In this document: in pieces, positions 7,265-18,584 of the stretch
Layout of the letters: each line of letters begins with the position of its first letter
Position numbering within the stretch: the first letter of the stretch is position 1
Assembly: GCA_016935565.1 (NCBI GenBank)
Contig: JAFGQS010000102.1
Span: 1-18,997, forward strand
Direction of reading: 5' to 3'
From: Deltaproteobacteria bacterium
Lineage (GTDB): Bacteria > Desulfobacterota > Syntrophia > Syntrophales > UBA6807
DNA: 18,997 bases
Program-made: the position numbers and the translations under genes
The notes under the pieces: generated by a model
What the model was told of the DNA's origin: nothing
Databases searched by the model: none
The model's input: the letters and a program-made list of their open reading frames with translations, nothing else

Positions 7265-9850
7265 TTAATGAAAGCACATCACCTTCTGCGATACTACATC
7301 CGCCACAATTTGAATGTCTTCCTTTTCAACATCATATACTTTCACTACATTAACGTATTCATTCGCATCCGGCATAATTGTTTCTAAGGAGTTCGGCAAG
7401 CCGTTCAAATACTCTTCGTTATAGATAACATTCTCGTCTCCCGGGAAGAGTGCTACATAAAATATTTCCATTTCAACAAGATCCTGGAAAAAATGAGTGC
7501 CGTATGAGAGTTCCGGAATTAAATTGGCATCAACGTATGCAATTTCACCCAGTACGGTAATGTTATTTATTTCCGAAAAACTTACGGGAATCCCGAGAGA
7601 AGGAGTTGATGACCCCCATCTTCCCGGACCCAGCAGCATCGTGGGAGTTCGCTCTCTGTCATGGATTTTCCTGTTCAGTTTTCCTATCAATCGTGCCACT
7701 TCATATTTCCTTGGCAATGACAGATTATTATACTGTCTCGGATCCACAGATATAATTCTTCGAATTGCCTGATATATGGAGCCCCCCATAAATCTGCCTT
7801 CCGACCTGAAAAGGATTCTTTCTCCGTTCATACTCTCCGGAAATTCTACCTTTTTTTCCTGTCCCATTGTCTGTAACGGCCTGCATTGAACAAGATTGAT
7901 TTGAAACGTTCCATTTTTTGCAAAATTAACGGTAAACTCAATATCGACAGGGTACTGATAGATCGTTTCCAGTTTTTGAAGCATTTTCCGCATAATTGAC
8001 GTAAACGAGGTGTTTGACAGCAAATCATCAAACGTAATGATCCATGCTTCCTGTCCTTTAATTCCCAGTTCCTTCAATCTTTGATTGGTTTCATGATCTC
8101 TTACCGCTATACGATCCATAGGAATATTCAGATTTTCTCCCATGAGTTTCAACAATTGAACCGTCTGCAATTCGTTTTCTTTCAGACTCAACACATCCAC
8201 CTCACGCTGTGAGAACTTTCGTGTATCCTCCATGCCGGAATGCGGTTTCATTAATGGTTCATCAAGAGCAACAATACGGGGATAATCGCCCTCGACACGG
8301 TTCACCGCCCGCGTTCCCAGCCCAAAAACCAGTCTGAGCATCCCGGCGCGAGGATCCATAGCGGACTTCCAGACAAAGGTATTATAGGAAATGCCGACCC
8401 CTCCGATATCGGGAAACGCGTAGTGCTTCCTGTACGATCCCGATACCCGCTGAACCAATAAAGCCATTTGTTCATCTTCATTTTCCAGCCCTCTCTGGAG
8501 ACGATACACGAGGGCATTCTCATTCATGGTGCTTGCGTAAATTCGCCGAACGGCATCTTCAAACTGTGCATATCGTTCCTCGGGGCTTCCCTGATTAACA
8601 CAAAAAATACTTACATATTTGCCGGCGAATGCATTACCAAATGCGTCTTCGAGCAGGCTGCTGGAACGGACAATAAACGGCGATTGCCCGAAATATTCTA
8701 CAATTTCGAAAAATTGTTCTTTGATCTCTCCAGGGAATTCCCCGTTATTCATTTTTTCCGCAAGGATCCGGGCTGTATCAAAGTATCCTTCCTTCGTTTT
8801 TTGCTCCATGCGTAATTTCCACCAACCGTTCTGCACGATATACGTGTAAAAGACATCGGAACCAATATAGAACGAATCGTGGGGTTCTAAAACCTCGTTC
8901 CAATCAAAAGAAAGATCTTCCGACAGGATTTTTCTCGCAAGTAACATTCCCACTGCTTTCCCGCCGAGAAAGCCGGTACCGATTAACCGTTCCCTGATTC
9001 GCAGTAAATCCTCAAGGGAAAATTTTTCTTTGACGAGTATGGACATTCTCGGCTCCCGCGTCAGCATTATTCGGCATATTCTATCGATCATGTCCTGTTT
9101 CTCCCCGGATTCCCAGGGTTGATCCAATAACTCCTGAGCTCGTATAAACAGTCGGTCCCAGGCATCCAGTTTCCGTCTTGCCCGTTCCATTGTTTGTCGT
9201 GATATGTGGGAAAAGAGCTGAGCCGCATCAATACTGTTTGCGATAGGAATAAACTGGTCCCCTTCCTGCAAATGGGGAAGAAACATGGTTGGAGAATATC
9301 GCTGCCACACCTTTAAGGGGTGTACATAGAAAAGTCCCTTGTCTCTATAGACGTCGAGCAGTATCTGTGTTGTCTCTCGAATACGGGCGACCGTTTGATA
9401 AGAATGACTGTCTCTGATAATCGCAAAGTAAGCAATGGTATCAAGCTCGAAGAGATAGGGACAGGTAATCATAAAGAAGTTTCCAATCATGAGGTCAGTG
9501 GACCATGCCGACAATAAATCGGACAAACAGTCAAAAACATAGAAAACGCCCTTCCCTTCTTTTGTCAAAATAGTATGGACTTCCGTCGAAAATGACTCGA
9601 AGCCGCCTCCCGCATCCAGATGATGGATCACAACATTGGGATGCTGTTTCACCAGTGGTTTATGATGGGCAAACCGCATGTAGACGATTCTTCTGTCGTC
9701 TTTGATGGCCTTGCTCACGTAACTCTGGACAAAACATGCATATTCTTCGACGTCATCCACCCGCCATACGACGTTGTCACCGATCCGCAAATTATCGACA
9801 ATTTCATCCAGTCCTTTCAAACCGGTACTGATCCTTTCCAATAACTTCAT
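7265..9850 (-). CDS. Multi-domain protein of the PEP-synthase/PPDK N-terminal (nucleotide-binding) domain family. It is fused to an N-terminal KaiC/RecA-like domain that lacks a P-loop, and its C-terminus has a swivel-like region lacking the catalytic His motif.
   Basis: Residues 1-230 follow the KaiC-like pattern: [13 protein letters not shown], then [12 protein letters not shown] where GxxGxGKT would be, then a Walker-B-like VFYVFDCLS. Residues ~285-660 show [11 protein letters not shown] and [21 protein letters not shown], which match the PPDK_N signatures VGGKNASLGEM and [28 protein letters not shown] corresponds to the FIVQARPETV end of the domain. The C-terminal [16 protein letters not shown] (7601-7630) resembles the phospho-His swivel motif GGRTSHAAIIARELGIPAVVG, but without the His. 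The ATG overlaps the carB stop (ATGA). Confidence 0.8.
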   Translation of the reverse strand: MKLLERISTGLKGLDEIVDNLRIGDNVVWRVDDVEEYACFVQSYVSKAIKDDRRIVYMRFAHHKPLVKQHPNVVIHHLDAGGGFESFSTEVHTILTKEGKGVFYVFDCLSDLLSAWSTDLMIGNFFMITCPYLFELDTIAYFAIIRDSHSYQTVARIRETTQILLDVYRDKGLFYVHPLKVWQRYSPTMFLPHLQEGDQFIPIANSIDAAQLFSHISRQTMERARRKLDAWDRLFIRAQELLDQPWESGEKQDMIDRICRIMLTREPRMSILVKEKFSLEDLLRIRERLIGTGFLGGKAVGMLLARKILSEDLSFDWNEVLEPHDSFYIGSDVFYTYIVQNGWWKLRMEQKTKEGYFDTARILAEKMNNGEFPGEIKEQFFEIVEYFGQSPFIVRSSSLLEDAFGNAFAGKYVSIFCVNQGSPEERYAQFEDAVRRIYASTMNENALVYRLQRGLENEDEQMALLVQRVSGSYRKHYAFPDIGGVGISYNTFVWKSAMDPRAGMLRLVFGLGTRAVNRVEGDYPRIVALDEPLMKPHSGMEDTRKFSQREVDVLSLKENELQTVQLLKLMGENLNIPMDRIAVRDHETNQRLKELGIKGQEAWIITFDDLLSNTSFTSIMRKMLQKLETIYQYPVDIEFTVNFAKNGTFQINLVQCRPLQTMGQEKKVEFPESMNGERILFRSEGRFMGGSIYQAIRRIISVDPRQYNNLSLPRKYEVARLIGKLNRKIHDRERTPTMLLGPGRWGSSTPSLGIPVSFSEINNITVLGEIAYVDANLIPELSYGTHFFQDLVEMEIFYVALFPGDENVIYNEEYLNGLPNSLETIMPDANEYVNVVKVYDVEKEDIQIVADVVSQKVMCFH

Positions 9851-12800
9851 CTAAAACTATCCTCCTCTTGAGAAGCGTAAATTTCCTGGAGAGATCGAAT
9901 ATTGCAGCATCCACTCCTTAAGGATCTGATTGCATTTGCCATGGCCGCAGCTCCCGAAATTGTCGTCACCAGGGGGATACCGTACGATACGGCTATACTC
10001 CGAATAGATACTTCATCGCGACGCGGTAGCGGGCCGCTCGGTGTATTAATCAGGAGATTAACGTTTCTGTTTTTTATGTAATCGAGAATATTCGGTCGAC
10101 CCTCGGCAAGTTTCGGAAGGCAGGCTACCTTGATTCCTCGATCCATGAGCACCCGCGCCGTTCCCGGGGTCGATAATATTTCAAAACCCATTTCCTCAAA
10201 CTTTTTACCCAGAGCTACGATAGACGGCTTATCGGAATCCTTAACGCTCAGGAACACCGTCCCAGAATCCGGTACCATTTGACCCGCTGCAATCTGGCTT
10301 TTCGCAAATGCCAGTCCTATGTCCTGATCGATCCCCATGACTTCACCGGTAGATTTCATTTCAGGCCCCAGTATGGTGTCAACCCCTGGAAATCTCGCGA
10401 AGGGGAGAACCGATTCTTTTACTGAAAAATACGTGGGCATGGGATCGCTCGTAATCCCCTGCTCCCTCAGGGATAGACCCGCCATGATTCGTGTCGCTAT
10501 CTTGGCGAACGGCAAACCCGTCGCCTTTGATACGAAGGGAACCGTTCGTGATGCCCTTGGATTTACCTCCAGAATATAAATATCATTGCCTCGCACGGCA
10601 TACTGAATATTGAGAAGCCCCCTGACGCCGAGTTCCCTGGCAATGTGTCGCGTCTTCTCTTTAATCGCAGTTACCGTTTCGTTAGCGAGAGAATACGTGG
10701 GGAGAACCATGGCACTGTCTCCCGAATGGATGCCGGCTTGCTCTATGTGTTCCATAACACCACCGATAATAACATCATGTCCATCCGACACGGCATCCAC
10801 ATCAACTTCAATCGCATCTTCAAGAAATTCGTCGATCAGAATAGGATGATCGGCGGATGCTTCAAAGGCTTCTTTCAGGAATCCCGCCAGGTCAGCCGGG
10901 CTCCAGACGACTGCCATGGCCCGGCCACCGAGGACATACGAGGGTCTGATGAGCACGGGATATCCTATTCTTTCTACGACCTTTTCCGCTTCTTCCAGAG
11001 ACAGTGCCGTGTCACTTCTCGGTTGTTTGATCCGGATCTTGTCTGCCATTTCCTTAAAGAGCTTTCTGTCTTCCGCACGGTCAATAGCCTCAGGTGATGT
11101 ACCAAGGATGTTCACGCCGTTTCGAGCAAGGGCCAGTGAGAGATTTAAAGGCGTCTGCCCTCCCAGCTGGACAACCACACCTTCCGGCTTCTCCACCTCA
11201 ACGATATTCAGGACATCTTCCAGCGTCAGCGGTTCAAAATAGAGCTTGTCTGAAATATCATAGTCTGTAGAAACCGTTTCGGGATTGGAATTAACCATAA
11301 TCGTCTCGTACCCCAGTTCTCTCAGGGCCATTGATGCGTGGACACAGCAATAATCAAACTCAATACCCTGACCGATCCTGTTGGGTCCGCCCCCAATAAT
11401 CATTATTTTCTTTGCATCTCCCGTCCTGCTTTCATCCTCTTCCTCATATGTGGAATAATAGTACGGTGTATATGCCTCGAATTCGGCGGCACAGGTATCA
11501 ACCAGTTTATAAACCGGTTTTATTCCCTTCTGTACCCTGAGAGACCGTATCTCGGATTCACTTATGCCGGTTATAGTGCTCATTTGCATATCGGAGAAAC
11601 CGAACCGCTTGGCTGCACGGAGAGCATTCTCCGTAATACCGTTGGACTCTGTAAAAGCCTCAAGGGTCTTTTCCATACTTACGATCTCCTCGATGTTGTG
11701 CAGGAACCATGGATCGATATGGGTAAGTTCGGCAATCTGTTCGACAGAGAAACCCATTTGCATGGCATCCTTGATGTAAAAAAACCGTTCCGGCGTCGGC
11801 CGTACGAGCAGTGCTTCAATTCGATCGGGGTCCGGCTTCTGTTTCAATGTGGATTCATACCCGTGAATACCGATTTCCAAACCTCTGAATCCCTTCTGGA
11901 GCGCTTCTTTGAATGTTCTCCCGATTGCCATTGTCTCCCCGACGGATTTCATTGATATGGTAAGCGTATCATCCGCTCCCGGAAATTTTTCGAAGGCAAA
12001 ACGGGGAATTTTAACGACACAGTAGTCAATGGTCGGCTCGAATGATGCGGGAGTCTTCAGCGTAATATCATTCCGTATTTCATCAAGACTGTAGCCGACA
12101 GCAAGTTTGGCCGCAATTTTTGCTATGGGAAAGCCCGTCGCCTTTGAGGCAAGGGCAGAGGATCGTGAAACACGGGGGTTCATTTCTATGACCGCCATAC
12201 GTCCCGTCTCGGGGTGTACTGCAAACTGAATATTCGATCCTCCCGTTTCAACACCTATTTTCCGTATCACGGCAACAGCGGCGTTACGGAGTTTCTGATA
12301 TTCTCTGTCCGTCAGGGTCTGGGCGGGTGCAACGGTAACAGAATCACCGGTATGAATTCCCATGGGATCGACGTTTTCTATGGAACAAATAATGACAACA
12401 TTATCCCTGTTATCTCTCATGACCTCGAGCTCAAATTCTTTCCATCCGAGGACGGATTCTTCGATGAGTATCTCGCTTATCATACTTTTTTCTAAGCCGA
12501 GTGACGCTGACTCTTCAAATTCTTCAACATTGTAGACAAGGGAACCTCCGGTACCACCAAGGGTAAAACTCGGTCGAATAACCACGGGAAAGCCGATATC
12601 CTTGATGATATTTCGAGCTTCCTCCATCGTACTGGCTATTCCGCTTCTCGGTACTTCCAGGTTGATTTCGGCCATTGCCTTTTTAAACTCATCCCGGTCC
12701 TCTGCCTTCTTAATAGCGTCCAGATTCGCACCGATCATTTCAATACCAAGCCGTTCGAATACTCCTCGTTCGGCAACTTCGACTGCCGTATTTAAAGCTG

Positions 12801-13080
12801 TCTGACCACCGAGGGTGGCCAGAACCGCATCGGGGCGTTCCTTCTCGACAATCTTTTCAAGAACATCAGCCGTTATCGGTTCGATATATGTATGATCCGC
12901 CATCTCAGGGTCCGTCATAATGGTGGCGGGATTAGAATTCAGAAGGACAACTTCATAGCCTTCTTCCCGCAGAGCCTTGCAGGCCTGGGTACCGGAATAA
13001 TCAAATTCACAAGCCTGGCCTATGACGATAGGACCTGATCCGATAAGGAGTATTTTTTTGATATCCGTTCGCTTGGGCAT
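9847..13080 (-). CDS. carB: Carbamoyl-phosphate synthase large subunit.
   Basis: 1077 aa. The N-terminus [30 protein letters not shown] is present. The internal duplicated ATP-grasp halves ([24 protein letters not shown]) and the MGS-like C-terminal domain are diagnostic. Confidence 0.97.
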   Translation of the reverse strand: MPKRTDIKKILLIGSGPIVIGQACEFDYSGTQACKALREEGYEVVLLNSNPATIMTDPEMADHTYIEPITADVLEKIVEKERPDAVLATLGGQTALNTAVEVAERGVFERLGIEMIGANLDAIKKAEDRDEFKKAMAEINLEVPRSGIASTMEEARNIIKDIGFPVVIRPSFTLGGTGGSLVYNVEEFEESASLGLEKSMISEILIEESVLGWKEFELEVMRDNRDNVVIICSIENVDPMGIHTGDSVTVAPAQTLTDREYQKLRNAAVAVIRKIGVETGGSNIQFAVHPETGRMAVIEMNPRVSRSSALASKATGFPIAKIAAKLAVGYSLDEIRNDITLKTPASFEPTIDYCVVKIPRFAFEKFPGADDTLTISMKSVGETMAIGRTFKEALQKGFRGLEIGIHGYESTLKQKPDPDRIEALLVRPTPERFFYIKDAMQMGFSVEQIAELTHIDPWFLHNIEEIVSMEKTLEAFTESNGITENALRAAKRFGFSDMQMSTITGISESEIRSLRVQKGIKPVYKLVDTCAAEFEAYTPYYYSTYEEEDESRTGDAKKIMIIGGGPNRIGQGIEFDYCCVHASMALRELGYETIMVNSNPETVSTDYDISDKLYFEPLTLEDVLNIVEVEKPEGVVVQLGGQTPLNLSLALARNGVNILGTSPEAIDRAEDRKLFKEMADKIRIKQPRSDTALSLEEAEKVVERIGYPVLIRPSYVLGGRAMAVVWSPADLAGFLKEAFEASADHPILIDEFLEDAIEVDVDAVSDGHDVIIGGVMEHIEQAGIHSGDSAMVLPTYSLANETVTAIKEKTRHIARELGVRGLLNIQYAVRGNDIYILEVNPRASRTVPFVSKATGLPFAKIATRIMAGLSLREQGITSDPMPTYFSVKESVLPFARFPGVDTILGPEMKSTGEVMGIDQDIGLAFAKSQIAAGQMVPDSGTVFLSVKDSDKPSIVALGKKFEEMGFEILSTPGTARVLMDRGIKVACLPKLAEGRPNILDYIKNRNVNLLINTPSGPLPRRDEVSIRSIAVSYGIPLVTTISGAAAMANAIRSLRSGCCNIRSLQEIYASQEEDSFR

Positions 13081-13088
13081 CTTTTATT

Positions 13089-14627
13089 TTATTCCCATTC
13101 TATCGTACTCGGCGGTTTCGAGCTGATATCGTATACGACTCGATTCACACCGTGTACTTCGTTGATAATTCTCGATGACATGCGTGTCAGGACATCATGG
13201 GGTAGTCTCATCCAATCCGCCGTCATGCCGTCAAGGCTTGACACAATCCTTATGGCGATCACATTTGCGTACGTCCGTTCATCCCCCATAACGCCAACGG
13301 TTTTGACCGGCAACAGTACGGCAAAAGCCTGCCACACATCTTCGAAATGTTCGTACTTGAGTATTTCTTCCTTGACGACGCTATCGGCATGACGGAGCAC
13401 CTCCAGGCTTTCCTCCGTCACGTCACCGATGATGCGCACAGCCAGCCCCGGGCCGGGGAACGGTTTCCGTTTTAAAAGCTTTTCAGGCAGACCTAACTCT
13501 TTACCGAGAATTCTCACTTCATCCTTAAAGAGCTCTTTCAGGGGCTCGATCAACGCGAACTGCAGATCTTCAGGAAGACCTCCCACATTATGATGACTTT
13601 TAATCATTGCCGACGGTCCTCCATGAGCGGAACGGCTTTCAATGACGTCCGGATAGAGGGTGCCCTGGGCCAGAAAATCGGCATGGTTGATGTCTTTTGT
13701 TTCGGCCTGAAAAATTCTGATAAACGTTTCTCCGATTATCTTTCTCTTCTCTTCCGGATCAGTAACCCCTTGCAATGCCTCCAGAAATTCCTTCTTTGCA
13801 TCAACGATTGTAATATGCAGCGGATAATCATCGGTAAACATGGATTGAATATCATCGACTTCGCGCGCCCTGAGTAGTCCGTTATCTACAAAAACCGCTT
13901 TCATCCGGTCGCCGATAGCGCGGTCGATAAGTGCTGCCACAACTGCGGAGTCGACTCCGCCGGAGAGAGCGCAAATAACATTCGAGTCAGCAACCTGGGA
14001 TCGTATTCGTTCAATAGATTCTTCGATAAACTTCGTCATGGTCCAGCCGCCCCGGCAGCCGGCAACACGGTAAAGAAAATTCCGAAGCATATCCATTCCC
14101 TGAAGCGTGTGAACGACTTCGGGATGAAACTGGACTCCGTATATCTTTTTGGTATCGTTACCCATGGAGGCAACGGAGCAGGTAGCGGTTTGCGCCAGCA
14201 TTTTATAGCCATCGGGCACGATCGTCACATGATCGCCATGACTCATCCAGACGTCGAGCTGCTGTGCCAATCCGTTGAAGATTGAAGTATCATCTGCGAC
14301 ATCCAGCCGAGCCGGCCCGTATTCACCGCTCCTCCCCTTATCCACGGTGCCACTCAACAACAGTGCCAGCAGTTGCATTCCATAGCATATGCCGAATATA
14401 GGAACATTGAGATCCAGGATTCGTTCATCCATTGTGGGATGTTCCGGGTCGAGAACGGAAGCCGGCCCACCCGATAAAATCAATGCTTTCGGATTCATTT
14501 CTATCAGCTCATCCCTGGTAACACCGTGATGAACGATTTCGGAATACACACCGAGTTCTCGTATCCTTCGTGCGATAAGCTGGGCATACTGCGAACCGAA
14601 ATCAAGTACGGCAACTAATTCTTTCAT
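13089..14627 (-). CDS. guaA: GMP synthase (glutamine-hydrolysing).
   Basis: The class I GATase N-terminus (VLDFGSQY, GICYGMQL) is followed by a PP-loop ATP pyrophosphatase (SGGVDSAV) and the GMP-synthase C-terminal dimerisation domain. 512 aa. Confidence 0.95.
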   Translation of the reverse strand: MKELVAVLDFGSQYAQLIARRIRELGVYSEIVHHGVTRDELIEMNPKALILSGGPASVLDPEHPTMDERILDLNVPIFGICYGMQLLALLLSGTVDKGRSGEYGPARLDVADDTSIFNGLAQQLDVWMSHGDHVTIVPDGYKMLAQTATCSVASMGNDTKKIYGVQFHPEVVHTLQGMDMLRNFLYRVAGCRGGWTMTKFIEESIERIRSQVADSNVICALSGGVDSAVVAALIDRAIGDRMKAVFVDNGLLRAREVDDIQSMFTDDYPLHITIVDAKKEFLEALQGVTDPEEKRKIIGETFIRIFQAETKDINHADFLAQGTLYPDVIESRSAHGGPSAMIKSHHNVGGLPEDLQFALIEPLKELFKDEVRILGKELGLPEKLLKRKPFPGPGLAVRIIGDVTEESLEVLRHADSVVKEEILKYEHFEDVWQAFAVLLPVKTVGVMGDERTYANVIAIRIVSSLDGMTADWMRLPHDVLTRMSSRIINEVHGVNRVVYDISSKPPSTIEWE

Positions 14628-14641
14628 GTATCAACCCCTGC

Positions 14642-15730
14642 TCATTTCTTTTTTATCAGTTCGACAAAACGGCCGAAAAGATGTCGGGCATCATGGGGGC
14701 CAGGCCCCGCTTCGGGATGAAATTGAACCGAGAATAACGGTAATTCACGGTGTCTCATCCCCTCCAGTGTATTATCGTTGAGATTCATATGGGTAATCTC
14801 TATTGTCTCCTTATCCAGTGAGTCTATATCAACACAGAACCCGTGGTTCTGAACGGTAATGTCAATCTTTCCCGTTGCCAGATCTTTTACCGGATGATTT
14901 TCCCCGTGATGACCGAATTTGAGCTTATATGTGTTGCCACCCAGTGCAAGACCGATCAGTTGATGCCCCAGACAGATACCGAATATGGGCAGCGTTCCAA
15001 TGTCCAGTAACTTGCGGATTGTATCAACCGCATATGTTACAGCGGCTGGATCACCGGGCCCATTCGACAGAAGAACGCCGTCTGGACGGAGCTTCATTAC
15101 TTCACTGGCGGTTGTATCCGCCGGTACAACGGTGATACGGCATCCGACATTGATAAGCTGCTCAAGTATGCTGTATTTCAAACCATAGTCTAATACAACT
15201 ACATGAAGGGCTCCCCTTTCAGCCATGACATATGGTTTCTCGCAGGTTACTTCCCTGACCAGGTCCCTGCCGATAAGATCGGGGGAAGCTTTTACCTTTT
15301 CAATGAGAGATTGCGTGTCCTGGTCAATTGTCGAGATAACGGCCCTCATGGAACCTGCTTCCCGTATGTGTTTGGTAAGGGCCCGTGTATCGATCCCCTC
15401 GATTCCCATGATGCTGTATTCTTTTAAAAAAGATTCGAGGTCTTTTTCCGACCTCCAGTTGCTGGGCTTCCGGCACAACTCATTGACCACAAAACCTTCC
15501 AGCCAGATTGAACGTGACTCCGAGTCTTTCTCATTAATGCCGTAATTACCGATCAGAGGATATGTCATGACAACAATCTGGCCTTCATACGACGGATCGG
15601 TCAGTACCTCCTGATAACCGGTCATTCCGGTATTGAATACTACTTCGCCGTAATGTTCCCCGGGCATACCAAAGGACGTGCCTTCAAATATTCTACCGTC
15701 TTCTAGTACAAGTATTGCTTTTTGTGCCAT
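14642..15730 (-). CDS. carA: Carbamoyl-phosphate synthase small subunit (glutamine amidotransferase).
   Basis: The N-terminus MAQKAILVLEDGRIFEGTSFG and the GATase catalytic region GICLGHQL...HPE are present. 362 aa. Confidence 0.95.
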   Translation of the reverse strand: MAQKAILVLEDGRIFEGTSFGMPGEHYGEVVFNTGMTGYQEVLTDPSYEGQIVVMTYPLIGNYGINEKDSESRSIWLEGFVVNELCRKPSNWRSEKDLESFLKEYSIMGIEGIDTRALTKHIREAGSMRAVISTIDQDTQSLIEKVKASPDLIGRDLVREVTCEKPYVMAERGALHVVVLDYGLKYSILEQLINVGCRITVVPADTTASEVMKLRPDGVLLSNGPGDPAAVTYAVDTIRKLLDIGTLPIFGICLGHQLIGLALGGNTYKLKFGHHGENHPVKDLATGKIDITVQNHGFCVDIDSLDKETIEITHMNLNDNTLEGMRHRELPLFSVQFHPEAGPGPHDARHLFGRFVELIKKK

Positions 15731-15941
15731 GTTCTACCTTTGTATTCTGCCGGACCGGCCACATAATCTTACAGCCGTTTCGACCTCAATGAATCACACC
15801 GCCGACAAGGCAGGACATCGTTAGGAATATTTATCAATCTTTTATACCCGCCTTCGGCACGTAAACGTTTCATCTCAGTTTACAAAACGAGTAGTCACGT
15901 TTCTAATTTCATAAAATGACGCTGGTAACGGTGGCCGTTCT

Positions 15942-17387
15942 TTACATGTCATGAGTTTTTTTCGCCCCTGCTGAAAATAATTCTTTACTGAAATTAACGG
16001 GAGTTGCCGTTGGATAATCCCCGCTGAAACAGGCCGTACAGTGTAAGCCTCCCTCCGGGACAGCGCTGAGCATCCCTTTCACCGACAGATAAGCCAGAGA
16101 ATCCGCTCCTATGTATTGCCGGATGTCTCCGATGCACTTGGAGGAAGCAATGAGCTCTCCCCGACTCGATATATCAATTCCATAAAAACACGGAGAGACA
16201 ACGGGTGGAGAGCTCACTCTGACATGGACTTCGGCTGCACCGGCATGTCGTATAAGACGAACCAGTTTTTTTAATGTTGTGCCGCGAACGATAGAATCTT
16301 CTACGACAACGACACGTTTCTTCCTCAATACCCCGGTGACGGGGTTAAACTTTACCTTCACATCCAGATCTCTTTCTCTCTGATGTGGTGCGATAAAACT
16401 GCGCCCTACGTAATGATTTCGAATGAGGCCGATCTCGAATCGCAGTCCCGAGGCCTGTGCATACCCAAGGGCTGCCGTATTTGCCGAATCGGGAATTGCA
16501 ATAACAATATCCGCATCGGCAGGGGCCTCTTCAGCAAGCTTTTTGCCCAGTTGTCTTCTGGTTTTGTCAACCTTTTCATCAAATATTATGCTATCAGGCC
16601 GAGAAAAATAAATATATTCAAATATACATAAAGCACTCCGTGATCCAGACGGCAACTTCTTAGACTCCATACCTTCTTTATCAACAGTAATAACTTCACC
16701 CGGTTCGACGCCTCTCGTGTAATCCGCACCGATAATGTCGAGAGCACAGGATTCGGACGCCACAACGGAGGCACCGCCTGCATTCCCGAGACAGAGCGGT
16801 CTGAACCCGTGGGGATCCCGGGCAGCAATCAATTTCGAAGGCGTAAGGAAGACAAAGCAATATGCGCCCTCAATCTTCATCAGTGCATCAATGATCATTT
16901 CCTCAATTGAATCTTTTTTTGATCGTGCAATAAGATGAAGTACAATTTCGCTGTCCGATGTCGTCTGAAAGATCGATCCCCGCTCTTCCATCGATCTGCG
17001 CAACTCGGCTGCGTTGACCAGATTCCCATTATGTGCCGCCGCTAGCTGCCCGCCCTTAAATTGTATCAGGAGCGGTTGCGCATTCTTGAGCCCCGACGAA
17101 CCTGTTGTCGAATAGCGATTATGACCGATGGCTGACGATCCCGCCAACTTCGGCATGATATAAGGATCTGAAAATACAGACCACACCAGTCCCATGTCCT
17201 TGTGAAGTACAATTTCATTACCGTTAGATGCAGCAATCCCCGAACTTTCCTGGCCTCGATGTTGAAGCGCATAAAGCCCGAGGTATGTATGCTCGGCAGC
17301 CTTCGGATCTCCGAATATCCCGAACACACCGCACGACTCCCGCGGATGGTCACGGAAGTCACTAACAAAATTTTTTGGGCGGGACAC
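15942..17387 (-). CDS. purF: Amidophosphoribosyltransferase (glutamine PRPP amidotransferase), [4Fe-4S]-type with an N-terminal propeptide.
   Basis: CGVFGIFG supplies the Ntn-hydrolase nucleophile Cys after an 18-aa leader. The PRTase motif VVVVEDSIVRGTT is present, and C-terminal Cys residues (CFYGID, CTACFSGDYP) match B. subtilis-type Fe-S PurF. The start is GTG at 17387, with AAGGAGG 5 nt upstream overlapping the dapL stop. Confidence 0.95.
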   Translation of the reverse strand: MSRPKNFVSDFRDHPRESCGVFGIFGDPKAAEHTYLGLYALQHRGQESSGIAASNGNEIVLHKDMGLVWSVFSDPYIMPKLAGSSAIGHNRYSTTGSSGLKNAQPLLIQFKGGQLAAAHNGNLVNAAELRRSMEERGSIFQTTSDSEIVLHLIARSKKDSIEEMIIDALMKIEGAYCFVFLTPSKLIAARDPHGFRPLCLGNAGGASVVASESCALDIIGADYTRGVEPGEVITVDKEGMESKKLPSGSRSALCIFEYIYFSRPDSIIFDEKVDKTRRQLGKKLAEEAPADADIVIAIPDSANTAALGYAQASGLRFEIGLIRNHYVGRSFIAPHQRERDLDVKVKFNPVTGVLRKKRVVVVEDSIVRGTTLKKLVRLIRHAGAAEVHVRVSSPPVVSPCFYGIDISSRGELIASSKCIGDIRQYIGADSLAYLSVKGMLSAVPEGGLHCTACFSGDYPTATPVNFSKELFSAGAKKTHDM

Positions 17388-17399
17388 TCACAACCTCCT

Positions 17400-18584
17400 T
17401 TACGACCATGTAATGTTCATATTTTTTAAGCGATTAAGTGCTAAATCCAGCCTTTCATCGGATACGGTAAGACTCATTCTGACAAAACCTTCACCAAAGT
17501 TGCCGAAACCAACACCGGGTGTACAGACAATACCGGCTTTTTCCAACAATAAGGTACAGAATTCCATTGAGTCGTAATCGGAAGGAATTTTTGCCCATAT
17601 GTAAAATGTCGATGAAGGTAATGGAACATTCCAGCCAATATCCCGTAATCCTTCAACAAAACGATTTCGCCTTGTTTTAAATACGTCACACAGCTTTTTC
17701 GCATCTTCTTCGCACTCCAAAAGAGCGGTAATCGCCGCTTTCTGAACGGGTATAAATATTCCCGAATCCAGGTTTGTCTTAACTTTTGCCAGTGCCTTAA
17801 TGACTTCAGCGTTTCCGACAGCAAAACCGACACGCCATCCCGGCATACAGAACGTCTTTGAAAGAGAATGAAATTCAACTCCCACTTCCTTTCCACCAGC
17901 TGTTTGAAGAAAACTAATCGCCGCCTTTCCATCATATGTAATTTCCGAGTAGGCCATATCATGACACACAAGTATCCCATGCTCTTTCGCAAACTTCACA
18001 ATTTTTTGAAATGTTTCCATATCAGCCATAGCGGTGGTTGGATTTGACGGATAGTTTAACCACAGCATTCTTGTATTGTATGACACCAAATCTTCCAACT
18101 CATCGATATCGGGAAGGTAATCACTTTCATGTCGCAAACGAAAATATCGAGGTAACGCTCCGGCAAGAATAGTGCCCGCCGTGTAGACAGGATAACCGGG
18201 ATCAGGTATGAGAACCTCATCGCCGGGATCGACGTGAGACAAGAATATGTGACCGATACCTTCTTTTGACCCGAGCAAAGGAAGCACTTCACACTCCGGA
18301 TCGACAGCAACACCGAACCGTTTTTCAAACCATTTCGCAAATGCATCCCTCAATTCGGGTATGCCAACGTAAGATGAGTAATGATGAGCGCCTTTGTCTT
18401 CAGCTGCATGCATGAGAGAATCGATAACGGACCTCGGTGGACTGAGATCAGGATCACCGACTCCCAGATCGATTATATCAACACCCGATGCAATGGCACG
18501 TTGCTTTATTTCATCAATCCTTGCAAAGAGATACGGCGGAAGTTGTTGAATCCTCGCAGCGTTTGTTTCTATCTCGATATTCAT
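17400..18584 (-). CDS. dapL: LL-diaminopimelate aminotransferase (class I PLP aminotransferase, DapL family).
   Basis: LPPYLFARIDEIK, IDLGVGDPDLSPP and VLIPDPGYPVYTAG align with the DapL motifs (GYLFPEI, ISLGIGDTTEPIP, IAVQDPSYPAYVDS). It is immediately downstream of, and overlapping (TAATG), dapF. The PLP-Lys region SLSKTF is present. Confidence 0.75.
   Translation of the reverse strand: MNIEIETNAARIQQLPPYLFARIDEIKQRAIASGVDIIDLGVGDPDLSPPRSVIDSLMHAAEDKGAHHYSSYVGIPELRDAFAKWFEKRFGVAVDPECEVLPLLGSKEGIGHIFLSHVDPGDEVLIPDPGYPVYTAGTILAGALPRYFRLRHESDYLPDIDELEDLVSYNTRMLWLNYPSNPTTAMADMETFQKIVKFAKEHGILVCHDMAYSEITYDGKAAISFLQTAGGKEVGVEFHSLSKTFCMPGWRVGFAVGNAEVIKALAKVKTNLDSGIFIPVQKAAITALLECEEDAKKLCDVFKTRRNRFVEGLRDIGWNVPLPSSTFYIWAKIPSDYDSMEFCTLLLEKAGIVCTPGVGFGNFGEGFVRMSLTVSDERLDLALNRLKNMNITWS

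Noticed and set aside
15731-15941. I looked for arginine-repressor ARG boxes or a PyrR-type attenuator in the 211-bp carA upstream region. The segment TTTTATGAAATTAGAAA (minus strand, ~15901-15921) matches the TNTGAAT half-site.
   Set aside because: Only one half-site matches, and there is no ATTCA partner. No ARUCCNGNGAGG PyrR loop or convincing terminator/antiterminator pair was found. The evidence is insufficient to call a regulatory site.
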